From: Fibrobacteria bacterium
GTDB lineage: Bacteria > Fibrobacterota > Fibrobacteria > UBA11236
Assembly: GCA_041746255.1 (NCBI GenBank)
Contig: JBGTHM010000008.1
Coordinates: forward strand, 1 to 41,887
Direction: 5' to 3'
DNA: 41,887 nt
Made by a program: the position numbers and the translations under genes. Below the pieces are notes generated by a model. That model had not been told where the DNA came from and searched no databases. It saw only the letters and a list, made by a program, of their open reading frames with translations. Shown piece after piece: positions 1 to 8,959 of this stretch (position 1 is its first letter; each line of letters starts with the position of its first letter).

Positions 1-1690
1 TCGAGCTTCTCGAGCACCATGACGTTGTGGGCGCCGGTTGCTGCTGGGGGTTCTTGCCCGAGTCCAGCCAATATTGATAATCCCGCAGTTCCATTTGGGT
101 TCCGTCGGAGAAATTCATATAAAAGATGAGACCGAAGCTGGTTAAAAAATAGAGAAGAAAAGCATAAGTGCCCAGCGGCTTATTGGCGCGATATGCGCGT
201 TTCAAGGCCAGGAAGACGGGAATATGGAAAAGCAGGAAAAGAAAAAGTTGTAGCCCGCGGTTTCCTCCCATCCATTCCATTTGTGGAGAAAAATCAAGAC
301 TTCCCCGGGTTACCGGCCTGCGGGTCTGGGGAGAAGAGTCCCCTACTTTCCAGGGAAGGTATTGGGACAACAGGAAGCCGCCATATCCCATGTGGGGATG
401 GGTGAGGAATTGGTTTTCGAGTGTACCACGTCGGTGGAATGCGCGACGAAGCATCGATTCGGATCCATATTGCTTGCGTTCCACGAATTGTTTGAAGGCC
501 GCATAGGTTTCGGGGTTGTTTTCGTCGATATTCGGGTTGAGGCTGGAACGAATGGGGATATATGCGAATGTCGATGCACCCAGGAAGGAAAAGATGCACA
601 ACCACATGGAAAGCGACCATTTCCCCTTCCAAGCGACATCGGAACTGAATATCCAACCAGCTACCGCCATTCCGAATGCGCCCAGCGCGTACCATTGGAA
701 GTTGCCGACGTCGTAAATGACGGAAAGAAGCAATAGTCCGGTAACGAGAATCGGGATATGCAACCGTCCCGATCCAGTCCATATATGCCGGATAAAAAGC
801 CAAGCCGGAAGGGATGCCGTCAATAGCAGGTATAGGGCCAGCCCGGATTCCGAGATCGAGACTTCGGTGGAAAAACCGAAAACCGCGGTTACAAAAAACC
901 AGCCCACCATCATCCAATGGGTTTTACGGTCGAGGTCGATGGTTTTGAAATACGCGACGCCGGCGGCAATCGCTCCTCCCAGTAAAGCCAGTTGAACGAA
1001 TAAATGCAGATTTTCGGGAATGAATCGCCCCGTATCGCCTATGAGTACCAGGGCTCCCACGAAGATCACCAGCAACGGCACGTTGAACCGTATGTCCCTG
1101 TCCATCATGATAATGAGAACCAGAATAGCGGGGAGAGTCATGACCGTGAAATTTTGTATTCCGAAACCCAGAAAGGCCAGATAAAACAGGAGAATGAGCA
1201 ACCGTGTGCCAGTGGCATTGTTCCGATTTTCAATCCAGAGCAACGAAAGCCAAGAAACCAGCATCAGGAAAAACATGGAAAAACCGTCTTTTTCGGCTTC
1301 GACGGCGTTAAACCAAAAGGTTTGGGAAAATGTCACCAAAAAGGCGGCTATCAGCGCAGCGGAGTATCGGGAAAACCGACTCAACGTTTCACCTAGCGTG
1401 AGTTTGACCAGTTTTTCTGTGAACAAGAAGGTAGTTGCCACCGCCAGCGCGCTGTAAAAGGCAGAAAGAAAATTCATACGCAAGGCGACTTCGTCAAAGG
1501 GCAGCAAGAGTATGAAAAACCTTCCCATCAGCATGAAAAATGGCGCGCCAGGGGGGTGGGGAATGCCTAGGATATGGGCCGCTGCGATATATTCGCCGGG
1601 ATCCCAAAAGGATAAGGTGGGGGCGATGGTTAACCAATACGTCGTCAAGGCGACAATAAAGGTAAGGAAGGCAAGCGCTATTTTTAACAT
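1..1690 (-). CDS. DUF2723 domain membrane protein (TMEM260-like, putative GT-C glycosyltransferase), runs off window edge
   Basis: Not in the ORF track because it has no stop in the window. Manual translation from ATG 1690 gives MLKIALAFLTFIVALTTYWLTIAPTLSFWDPGEYIAAAHILGIPHPPGAP, the DUF2723 signature. Many hydrophobic segments; ERKQYGSESM and MNFSDG occur in the same frame. Confidence 0.88.
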   Translation of the reverse strand, partial: MLKIALAFLTFIVALTTYWLTIAPTLSFWDPGEYIAAAHILGIPHPPGAPFFMLMGRFFILLLPFDEVALRMNFLSAFYSALAVATTFLFTEKLVKLTLGETLSRFSRYSAALIAAFLVTFSQTFWFNAVEAEKDGFSMFFLMLVSWLSLLWIENRNNATGTRLLILLFYLAFLGFGIQNFTVMTLPAILVLIIMMDRDIRFNVPLLVIFVGALVLIGDTGRFIPENLHLFVQLALLGGAIAAGVAYFKTIDLDRKTHWMMVGWFFVTAVFGFSTEVSISESGLALYLLLTASLPAWLFIRHIWTGSGRLHIPILVTGLLLLSVIYDVGNFQWYALGAFGMAVAGWIFSSDVAWKGKWSLSMWLCIFSFLGASTFAYIPIRSSLNPNIDENNPETYAAFKQFVERKQYGSESMLRRAFHRRGTLENQFLTHPHMGYGGFLLSQYLPWKVGDSSPQTRRPVTRGSLDFSPQMEWMGGNRGLQLFLFLLFHIPVFLALKRAYRANKPLGTYAFLLYFLTSFGLIFYMNFSDGTQMELRDYQYWLDSGKNPQQQPAPTTSWCSRSS

Positions 1691-1848
1691 TCCCGACTGA
1701 TGCCCCTCTCGCTAAAAAGTGAAGTAGGCAAAGTAACAAACTTGCCCGGACGTTTCGAGAAATAGTGCCTGAATGCGTCCCAACGGCTGTTTAATTAACT
1801 TTAAAGAGGTGTAGTACCCCCTATTTTCCCCATAGGAATCCAAGCTGG

Positions 1849-2886
1849 ATGACCTTATTGTTCTTCTACCTGTCTTTAGCGCTTTCGGTTTCGTTCATTT
1901 GCTCCATCATGGAAGCGGTTTTGCTTTCGACCCCACTCTCCCACTTGCGCGCGAAGGAAAATGCCGGTGAAAAATCCGCGAAATTATTCATAAGCCTAAA
2001 GCGCAATATCGATAAACCGCTTTCGGCGATTTTATCCCTGAATACGGTCGCCCATACCGTCGGCGCGGCCGGGGTAGGGGCGCAAGCGATCCAAGTGTTC
2101 GGAGAAGCTTATTTCGGAGTCGTATCCGCTGTTCTGACCTTGTTGATATTGGTTTTTACCGAGATCATCCCCAAAACCATCGGTGCCCGCTATTCCCGGG
2201 AATTGGTGCCGGTTTCAGCATACTCCATTAAGTTCATGATTTTTCTCACCTACCCATTGGTTAAATTATCGGCTTATGTTACCAATATGATTTCTAAAAA
2301 TGAAAAGGAGAGGATCACCAGTCGGGAGGAAATTTCGGCTTTGGCGAACATAGGCGCCGAGGAAGGGGTTTTCGGGGCGATGGAAAACGAGATCATGCAA
2401 AATTGTATTCGGCTGCGGAAAATCCGCGTCGCCGAAATCAAAACACCCCGGGTCGTGGTCAATATGGCCGACGAAGAGATGGGCTTTAAAGAATTCCTGG
2501 AAAAAAAGGATGAGCTACGGCACTCGCGGATACCCGTTTATGCGGGATCCGTCGAGCAGGTAACCGGATATATTTTCCGGGAAGCGGTTTTCGAAAAGCT
2601 GGCGGAAGGCGATGGGGAGCTTAAGTTGAAAGACATCAAGCTCGATATAATCGTCATCCACGATTCCGCATCCTTGCTGGGCACTTGGGAGGAACTGCTG
2701 GACAAAAAGGAGCAAATCGCCCTGGTCCTCGATGAGTATGGCGGCATGGATGGAATCGTAACCATGGAAGACATCATCGAAACCCTTCTCGGCTTCGAAA
2801 TCATCGACGAGAAAGATACCGTTACCGATATGCAGAAATACGCGTTGGAGAAATGGAAGTTAAGACAGAAAAACCGCTTCCGATAG
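1849..2886 (+). CDS. CNNM (DUF21) + CBS domain protein (hemolysin/CorC-like Mg2+/Co2+ transport family)
   Basis: SFICSIMEAVLLS, LSAILSLNTVAHT and EIIPKTIG motifs, followed by a CBS pair (HSRIPVY; VLDEYGGMDGIVTMEDIIE). Confidence 0.93.
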   Translation: MTLLFFYLSLALSVSFICSIMEAVLLSTPLSHLRAKENAGEKSAKLFISLKRNIDKPLSAILSLNTVAHTVGAAGVGAQAIQVFGEAYFGVVSAVLTLLILVFTEIIPKTIGARYSRELVPVSAYSIKFMIFLTYPLVKLSAYVTNMISKNEKERITSREEISALANIGAEEGVFGAMENEIMQNCIRLRKIRVAEIKTPRVVVNMADEEMGFKEFLEKKDELRHSRIPVYAGSVEQVTGYIFREAVFEKLAEGDGELKLKDIKLDIIVIHDSASLLGTWEELLDKKEQIALVLDEYGGMDGIVTMEDIIETLLGFEIIDEKDTVTDMQKYALEKWKLRQKNRFR

Positions 2887-5562
2887 CGGTGACTGCATAG
2901 CCAGCGGGACTGAAACCAATCCCATGTCTTTGAGCATTTTGTCCATGATATCCACGGCCTTGTAATCTTTTTCGCGATTACGGGCCTGCAGCCCAACCCG
3001 ATGCAAAAAGTCAGGATTAGCAAGCAGACGCAGGCACCCTTCGGCTAGGTCGCTTTCCGTTTCGCCCACAAATCCATTAAGCCCATTCAGGATAATATCG
3101 CGCGGCCCCTTGGTGTTGTATGCCACCACCGGCGTTCCGCAACTCATGGCCTCGAGTACCACGCATCCGAAAGTGTCGAAGCGGGACGGAAGCAAGAGCA
3201 CATCGGCGGTCGAATAGACAGCCGGGAGCAGGTCGGAATCGACCCACCCCAGATAGACGGCATCGGGAAGCAGCGAACGCAGGGTCTCTTCCGCCGGCCC
3301 CGTCCCGGCGAAAACCATGCGCGCCTTCGGCAGCTTTTTTTTGATGTTCTCGAAAATACGGGGAATTTCCAGAACGCCTTTTTCCTGGCTGAGTCGACCG
3401 GCGAAAAGCACGGTCCTTTCATCGGGCGCGACTCCCGGAAACAAATTAAGCTCCAAGTCTTTTCGGGGATAAAATCGATCCGATACCCAATGGGAGGTGT
3501 TGAATATTTTTTTCGGAGAAAGATTCATGTCATCTCCCGTCAACCAGGCACGATGCTCATGGTTGAGAACGAATACACCGTCGAAGGCGTGATAATAGGA
3601 TCTTAGGATACGCCGGACCCGGTCCACCATCTGTCTGTCGAAGCGTAAGGTGCGCTTGGCGAAATCCAACCAGTCGGTGTGCATATAGGCGTAAGCGGGC
3701 ACGTTGAAAGCTTGCTTGAGGTAAAGCGCCAGCGGCCCCATCAACATTTCCGTGGAACAGATGATACGGTCGTATGCTCCATTTAAAAACAGCTTTTGCA
3801 ATTCCAGCAAGTCGGGTAGGCGAAAGGATTGGTCCGGATAGAAGGGAAGTTTGAAATCGGCGATGGGTTTAAGAACCCGCAAGTGATCGGCTTCCTCCAA
3901 TTCTGAGTGGCAGGTGAAAATATCCATGGGGAGGTCGCGACGCCGGATTTCCTCCAACATGGTGGAAAGCGCATGAGAGACGCCATTTTTGTCGGTAAGG
4001 GTATCCGTCAGCCATAAGGCTCGGCGTGGATGGGAAAACCGCCCCAGGGACCGGGCGAAGCCGTCGACAAAACCCCGTTGCGAATAGAGTACTTTCACGC
4101 CGGCGAAGGCCGCGCCTCCGATGACACCTGCCGCCAGCGCGGGAAAGGGGAGACCGTCGCTGAGCTTTCCCAAATCGATGGGGGTGAGGTTCTCCGCGCG
4201 GCCGCCTTTTGGTTTATCGCCGAAAAGGGTACGCAAATGACTGGGAACTTCCAAACGATGAATCAGTTGTTCCAAATTGGTATTGGCGAAAGCGCCGCTT
4301 TGTTCCAATCTCCGTCCTTTTTCCGTAATGCGTTCGGCGAGAATCAGGTTGAGTTTACGAAACATCCCTGGAATAACTTCACCGAGTACGGCTCCCAGAT
4401 TCGCTGGGTTCTTACGCCGGACCATGGCGATTTTCTCTACGTCCTGTAAAATGGGCTTGAAGGCGGAACTGGTCATCAAAGAGTCGAACAAGCCGGGCTT
4501 TTTGCCTTGGAGGCATTCGTGAAAGACACTTAAAAAGCGCGTAGTATATTTATGGCGCCGCATTTCCATCATGACGTTGGATATCACAAATGCCAATAGT
4601 TTCTCTTGGGAACTGCCGCGGTGTAGCAGCATGCGCAAAAGCCCGGGGTCTTTCATGTTGAGCGCTACTTGGCAGAAATAGTCGAGGAAGGCTACCATGA
4701 GTTTTTCTTCTTCCCCGCAGGAACCATACGGCGCCATATCACCGCGACGGATGGCTTCCAAGGCAAGTTTCGACATGGGTCCTTGCGAGTCGGCTGGAAT
4801 CCGCAGCAAGGTTCCCGTTTGGCCCGCGAAAATTCCGAAATGGCAATCCGATCCACCGGAAAGCCTTTTGCGAAAAAGATTCTCGCTGAAAGTTCCCGGT
4901 TTCAATCCGGTTCTTTTCCCCATCGCTTCAATATATTCCGGTGTCATACCTTCAACCCAAGTGGAGGTAAGCAGGTTTTGCCAATGGTCACGCTGACCGT
5001 TTAGGCCTTCGAACCTTTCGAAAAGAATGCCTAGCCGGTCCATCAGCGACAGGCTCGGGGTTTTTCCGGAACTGTAGAAGTGCAGCGGGTGGGATAAAAC
5101 GGTGACGATTTTTTCGGATACGGTGTATTCCAGGAACCGGTAGATGTCTTTCCGCAAGCGGATAAGCCGGGCTTCCTGAGCGGGAGTAAATCCGAAGGTG
5201 AGTACGTGGACGCCGATTTTCATATCGGGTAGCGTGCAGCTGAATTCCGCTCCCACCAGCACGTCATGGCCTTTGTCCAAAAGGTCGAAACAGCTACGGG
5301 CGTTATTATGGTTGGTTATCGTGAAAGCTTCGGCCCCGTTATCCTTCAAAGTACGCATGAGCTGGTCGGTTTCGAGCCAGGTTTCAGACACACGAAGAAT
5401 CCTTCCGAGAGTTTCGTCGGGAACGTCGCTGTTTTTGTCGTGGCAATGCAAATCGATTTTGACGAGGCGATCACCGGGATCCGCGGCCAAGGTCGATTGT
5501 TGACGGGTAACGAGATTATCCAGTTCGCTTTTGATTTCCACGCGGAAGGGTATGTTGGGCAT
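2860..5562 (-). CDS. PHP-domain / glycosyltransferase family 4 fusion protein
   Basis: N-terminal PHP motifs DLHCH, TITNHN, GAEF, SHPLH, GGSDCH; C-terminal GT4 motifs TDTLTDKNGVS, FAGRLSQEKG, PSRFDTFGCVVLEAMSCGTPV. Confidence 0.9.
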   Translation of the reverse strand: MPNIPFRVEIKSELDNLVTRQQSTLAADPGDRLVKIDLHCHDKNSDVPDETLGRILRVSETWLETDQLMRTLKDNGAEAFTITNHNNARSCFDLLDKGHDVLVGAEFSCTLPDMKIGVHVLTFGFTPAQEARLIRLRKDIYRFLEYTVSEKIVTVLSHPLHFYSSGKTPSLSLMDRLGILFERFEGLNGQRDHWQNLLTSTWVEGMTPEYIEAMGKRTGLKPGTFSENLFRKRLSGGSDCHFGIFAGQTGTLLRIPADSQGPMSKLALEAIRRGDMAPYGSCGEEEKLMVAFLDYFCQVALNMKDPGLLRMLLHRGSSQEKLLAFVISNVMMEMRRHKYTTRFLSVFHECLQGKKPGLFDSLMTSSAFKPILQDVEKIAMVRRKNPANLGAVLGEVIPGMFRKLNLILAERITEKGRRLEQSGAFANTNLEQLIHRLEVPSHLRTLFGDKPKGGRAENLTPIDLGKLSDGLPFPALAAGVIGGAAFAGVKVLYSQRGFVDGFARSLGRFSHPRRALWLTDTLTDKNGVSHALSTMLEEIRRRDLPMDIFTCHSELEEADHLRVLKPIADFKLPFYPDQSFRLPDLLELQKLFLNGAYDRIICSTEMLMGPLALYLKQAFNVPAYAYMHTDWLDFAKRTLRFDRQMVDRVRRILRSYYHAFDGVFVLNHEHRAWLTGDDMNLSPKKIFNTSHWVSDRFYPRKDLELNLFPGVAPDERTVLFAGRLSQEKGVLEIPRIFENIKKKLPKARMVFAGTGPAEETLRSLLPDAVYLGWVDSDLLPAVYSTADVLLLPSRFDTFGCVVLEAMSCGTPVVAYNTKGPRDIILNGLNGFVGETESDLAEGCLRLLANPDFLHRVGLQARNREKDYKAVDIMDKMLKDMGLVSVPLAMQSPLSEAVFLS

Positions 5563-5565
5563 ATA

Positions 5566-7983
5566 TTAAATCCTCTCCAAGTTATTTTCAGGAATAACCG
5601 CTTCGACAAATTCAATGCCGATTTTGGAGTCAATCCTATCTTCGGAATAAAAGGTCATCGTACCGGCATCACCGTGTAAAAGGATGCGGTAGCGTTTATT
5701 TTGCAGGAGGGCTTCGGTTCCGGAGTTGAGCCGGCTGTGTTCGGGAAGAAAAAAATACGCCTTGACCTTGTCTTGGTGAGGTAGGCGTTTGATGCTCCAA
5801 TCGAGCTGCAATCCCTGAACAGATTGCTCCAGCGTATAGTTTACCGTTCCAAAAAAGGTCCGGGCTCCGCTGATTTTTATGCGCGTTCCGCTGTGATACC
5901 ATTCCGGAAAAAGACCGGCGCCCAACCAGAGTTCATTCGGTCTTTCCAATACGGCCATGTCGCGGATCAGATTGAGGAATTCCGCGGCGGACCATCCATG
6001 GTCACCGTCGCCCATGCAGCCACCGAACATGCGCGGATGCATGGCTTCGGGCCACGTATACGTGGGCGTCGCTTTAGCTATAAGCGAAGTAAGGACGTCT
6101 TTCCACCTGGCATCGCCAAGTAAAAGCAGTACCCTTGCCAGTTGTACGGAAAGATAGGGGTTTAAACCGGTATGCACAATTTTCTGGAAAAAAAGTCCGT
6201 CCCGCATATTATGTTCAATCAGGAATTCAACGGTTTTCTCAACCCAGGGATCCTGGAGGGGTACCACTCCCAGCGGCGAAACGGCAACCAGGTTTCCGAT
6301 GGCGGAGGAGTCCATCCAACGGTATGGGGAACTCGGAAGCAATTGGTCGCCCATGCGCTCAAAGGCCCAGTTCATGGCCGCGCCCAAGTCTTGGGAGTAA
6401 TCCTGGATAATTCCATTCAACCAAAGCGCGTCTTCGGCTCTCCCAATTTTGAGTGCGGCCCAGCGCACGGCCTGGATTCCGGCAATGCTCCAGAAATTAT
6501 CCCAGTAATAATGGTCGTTGGGGCCGAAATGCTCGGCGGAGAACCCCGCGGGTAACAGCCCCGCATGGGGGGAACGGGATTTACGCGTTGTATCCCGCAT
6601 GGATTCAATCCATTTTATCCCTTTTACCATGCGAGGGTACCAGGCATCCAGTAAATCCGGATCTCCGCCCCGCTTGACATGGTTGACCAAAGTGACCAAA
6701 GCCTGACCGTTCGAATCCCATTCTCCACGTTGGCTTTTGAAAAACCCTTGCGAGGTTTGCGAATCGAAGTAACGGTGCAGTTTCGGGGCGACCTTGTCCG
6801 GCCAGCCGATATTTTCAAAGGCCAACGCGATATAGGCGCTGTCTCGAAACCAATGATTATGGTAGAGAAAGGTACCGGGGGAAAAATGGCCGCCGTCGTC
6901 AAAAACATGCATATGATTTTTAACGGCGTAAAAGGCCTTCTCCAGGTTTTTGTCCGGAAACGAAAGGGAGAGTCCGTTCTTTTTGGAGGTCTTCCAGTTT
7001 TTGAGTTGCTCCGATTTCGCTTCCTCGATTCCTTGCGCGGTGAGGGAGGCGAACTTGGATTTGGGATTGGGTCCGATATGCTCAATGATACCCAAGGATT
7101 CAATCCGACGCATCGCGTCGGGAGCAAGCTCAATGTCATATTCCGCAATTCCGCACGCGATTCCCGAACTGGAGCGCAAAAAGGGATGCCGGGTGCCACG
7201 GAATTCGGAAAGCAGCGGATCACCATGATGCCGGTCCGACAGCACCACGCGAGTGGGGTCTTCGGTCAAGAGCAGACCCGGTCGTCCGTTGACACGCCAC
7301 AAGCGGTTTTTAAAATGGATTTTATTGATATGACCCACCATAAGCGGATTATACGGGCGTATGGCAAGGCCAAAGCGGAACGATAGGGTTTTGCGGGAGC
7401 GGTTCCGTAGAGAGTGGCTGTACAGGATGAGCTCTTCGCCTCCAAGTTTAAGGGCGCGGGCTTCGGACTTCCATTCCAGCGAGGGATGGACCGGATAGGA
7501 TGTGATCACGCAGGGGAAGATTCCCTCCAGCAAGGATTGGCGGGCGCAGTCGACCATACGCGGGGGAAAATGATTGACTCCGTCGATGCGTAAATACGGG
7601 AAGACCGACCAGCCATAGGGCCTGAGAGTCAGCATGCCCACGGGGTCGACCATGCTTTCCCTGGGACTGTCCGGAAGGCCAATGGAAGTCCAGTTACGGG
7701 AAGTCAGGTTGGTTTTAATCAGGTTGATGGCCGTCGGTATGAATTCGGCTCCGTCGGGATTGATTTGTCTTTCCACCCAATAGGGCCAGACCCAATGCGG
7801 GCTGCTTTGAATGGCCATGGTATTGTTAAGTCCGGACAAAATGATGGCCAAACCCTGTTCCAGAAGCTCGTAGGGAAAAAGGACGGTTGCGGGTCGGCCG
7901 AGATGGGAGAGGCCTTTGAGAAAAGGGACAAGATATTCCTTCCCGGATAATTTGAGATAATGAACGAAAAGTTTATCCAACAT
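5566..7983 (-). CDS. Putative six-hairpin glycosidase (GH15/GH63-like (alpha/alpha)6 barrel) protein
   Basis: HWFRDSAY, GEWDSNGQAL, YYWDNFWSIAG and DGDHGWSAAEF motifs typical of (a/a)6 glycosidase-like proteins. Start uncertain (ATG 7983, or TTG 8028). Stop lies 3 bp from the GT4 start. Confidence 0.7.
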   Translation of the reverse strand: MLDKLFVHYLKLSGKEYLVPFLKGLSHLGRPATVLFPYELLEQGLAIILSGLNNTMAIQSSPHWVWPYWVERQINPDGAEFIPTAINLIKTNLTSRNWTSIGLPDSPRESMVDPVGMLTLRPYGWSVFPYLRIDGVNHFPPRMVDCARQSLLEGIFPCVITSYPVHPSLEWKSEARALKLGGEELILYSHSLRNRSRKTLSFRFGLAIRPYNPLMVGHINKIHFKNRLWRVNGRPGLLLTEDPTRVVLSDRHHGDPLLSEFRGTRHPFLRSSSGIACGIAEYDIELAPDAMRRIESLGIIEHIGPNPKSKFASLTAQGIEEAKSEQLKNWKTSKKNGLSLSFPDKNLEKAFYAVKNHMHVFDDGGHFSPGTFLYHNHWFRDSAYIALAFENIGWPDKVAPKLHRYFDSQTSQGFFKSQRGEWDSNGQALVTLVNHVKRGGDPDLLDAWYPRMVKGIKWIESMRDTTRKSRSPHAGLLPAGFSAEHFGPNDHYYWDNFWSIAGIQAVRWAALKIGRAEDALWLNGIIQDYSQDLGAAMNWAFERMGDQLLPSSPYRWMDSSAIGNLVAVSPLGVVPLQDPWVEKTVEFLIEHNMRDGLFFQKIVHTGLNPYLSVQLARVLLLLGDARWKDVLTSLIAKATPTYTWPEAMHPRMFGGCMGDGDHGWSAAEFLNLIRDMAVLERPNELWLGAGLFPEWYHSGTRIKISGARTFFGTVNYTLEQSVQGLQLDWSIKRLPHQDKVKAYFFLPEHSRLNSGTEALLQNKRYRILLHGDAGTMTFYSEDRIDSKIGIEFVEAVIPENNLERI

Positions 7984-8182
7984 CAGCGCGGGTTTACCGT
8001 CATATTGGCCTATAGTATAGCTACGCAACTGTTGATAAAACGGTGAAAACAGCCTGTGGAATATCGTTGAAATAACTCTGTCACAGCGCCGCCTTATTGC
8101 GGGCCTAGTATTACAAAACGAGGCTATCCGCGCGCATCGCGAATTAAAAACCGCGAATCGTTAGATGAAAGATGAGAGGTTT

Positions 8183-8740
8183 ATGAATTTGAAATTTGTG
8201 AAGTTAATGATTTTGGCGGTGATGGTTTTAATGGCTGCGTGTAATAAGACGGAGAAACCGGAAGCGAAAACAGAGGATATCGCGGCCATCGATAAAGCTC
8301 CGTCGCAGATTGATTCTATTCAAGTGGAAAACCTGCAACCATCGGTGGACTCCCTGATTTTAGGGTTCTTCGATGGCTTGTTCCAGAAGGATACCGCGCT
8401 AGTGGCCTCCCTGGTGGTGCAGCGCAAAGAATACGAGGCGATTTACCCCTTGATGCCCGATGCCGATCCTAACCCGAATTCACCCGGATTCATTGCGCAA
8501 ATGTATGTTAGCGGAAATAAAAAACACCTGGATCGGTGGTTGGATAGGGCCAAATCCGAGGGACTCGCATTTTCAAGATATACTATCGAGGGAGATGAGC
8601 AAAAAAGCGACCACTATACCCTATTGCGAGGCGTACGCCTTTGGGTTCGGGACTCTCGAGGAGAGCATGAATTCCCTGCCTTTAAAACCCTGTTCAAGCT
8701 TCCAGGCGGATACAAGATCTGGAGTATTCTGGACACTTGA
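8183..8740 (+). CDS. Hypothetical lipoprotein
   Basis: Signal peptide with lipobox LMAA-C; purine-rich GAGAGG before ATG 8183 (alternative start 8165). Confidence 0.7.
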   Translation: MNLKFVKLMILAVMVLMAACNKTEKPEAKTEDIAAIDKAPSQIDSIQVENLQPSVDSLILGFFDGLFQKDTALVASLVVQRKEYEAIYPLMPDADPNPNSPGFIAQMYVSGNKKHLDRWLDRAKSEGLAFSRYTIEGDEQKSDHYTLLRGVRLWVRDSRGEHEFPAFKTLFKLPGGYKIWSILDT

Positions 8741-8959
8741 ATAGCCTAATTACCCATTCGTGTCAGGCCCGGCAATTTCGTGATAACGGCGCTATTCAAT
8801 CCCATTTTTCTGAAATTCCTACTGCTCGATTTGACCCATTTTGCTCTGAACGATGGATATCGTCGGCCGTTTTCCCATGAGGACGAAAAATCCCCAATTT
8901 AATCGGAAGTCCCCGAAAAGAGACCACGTCTACGATATTTTCGTGCCTATTTTACGGAC

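Noticed and set aside
168..1739. Short ORFs listed in the track over 168-1739
   Set aside because: Shadow frames of the DUF2723 gene, which the track missed because it lacks a stop in the window.
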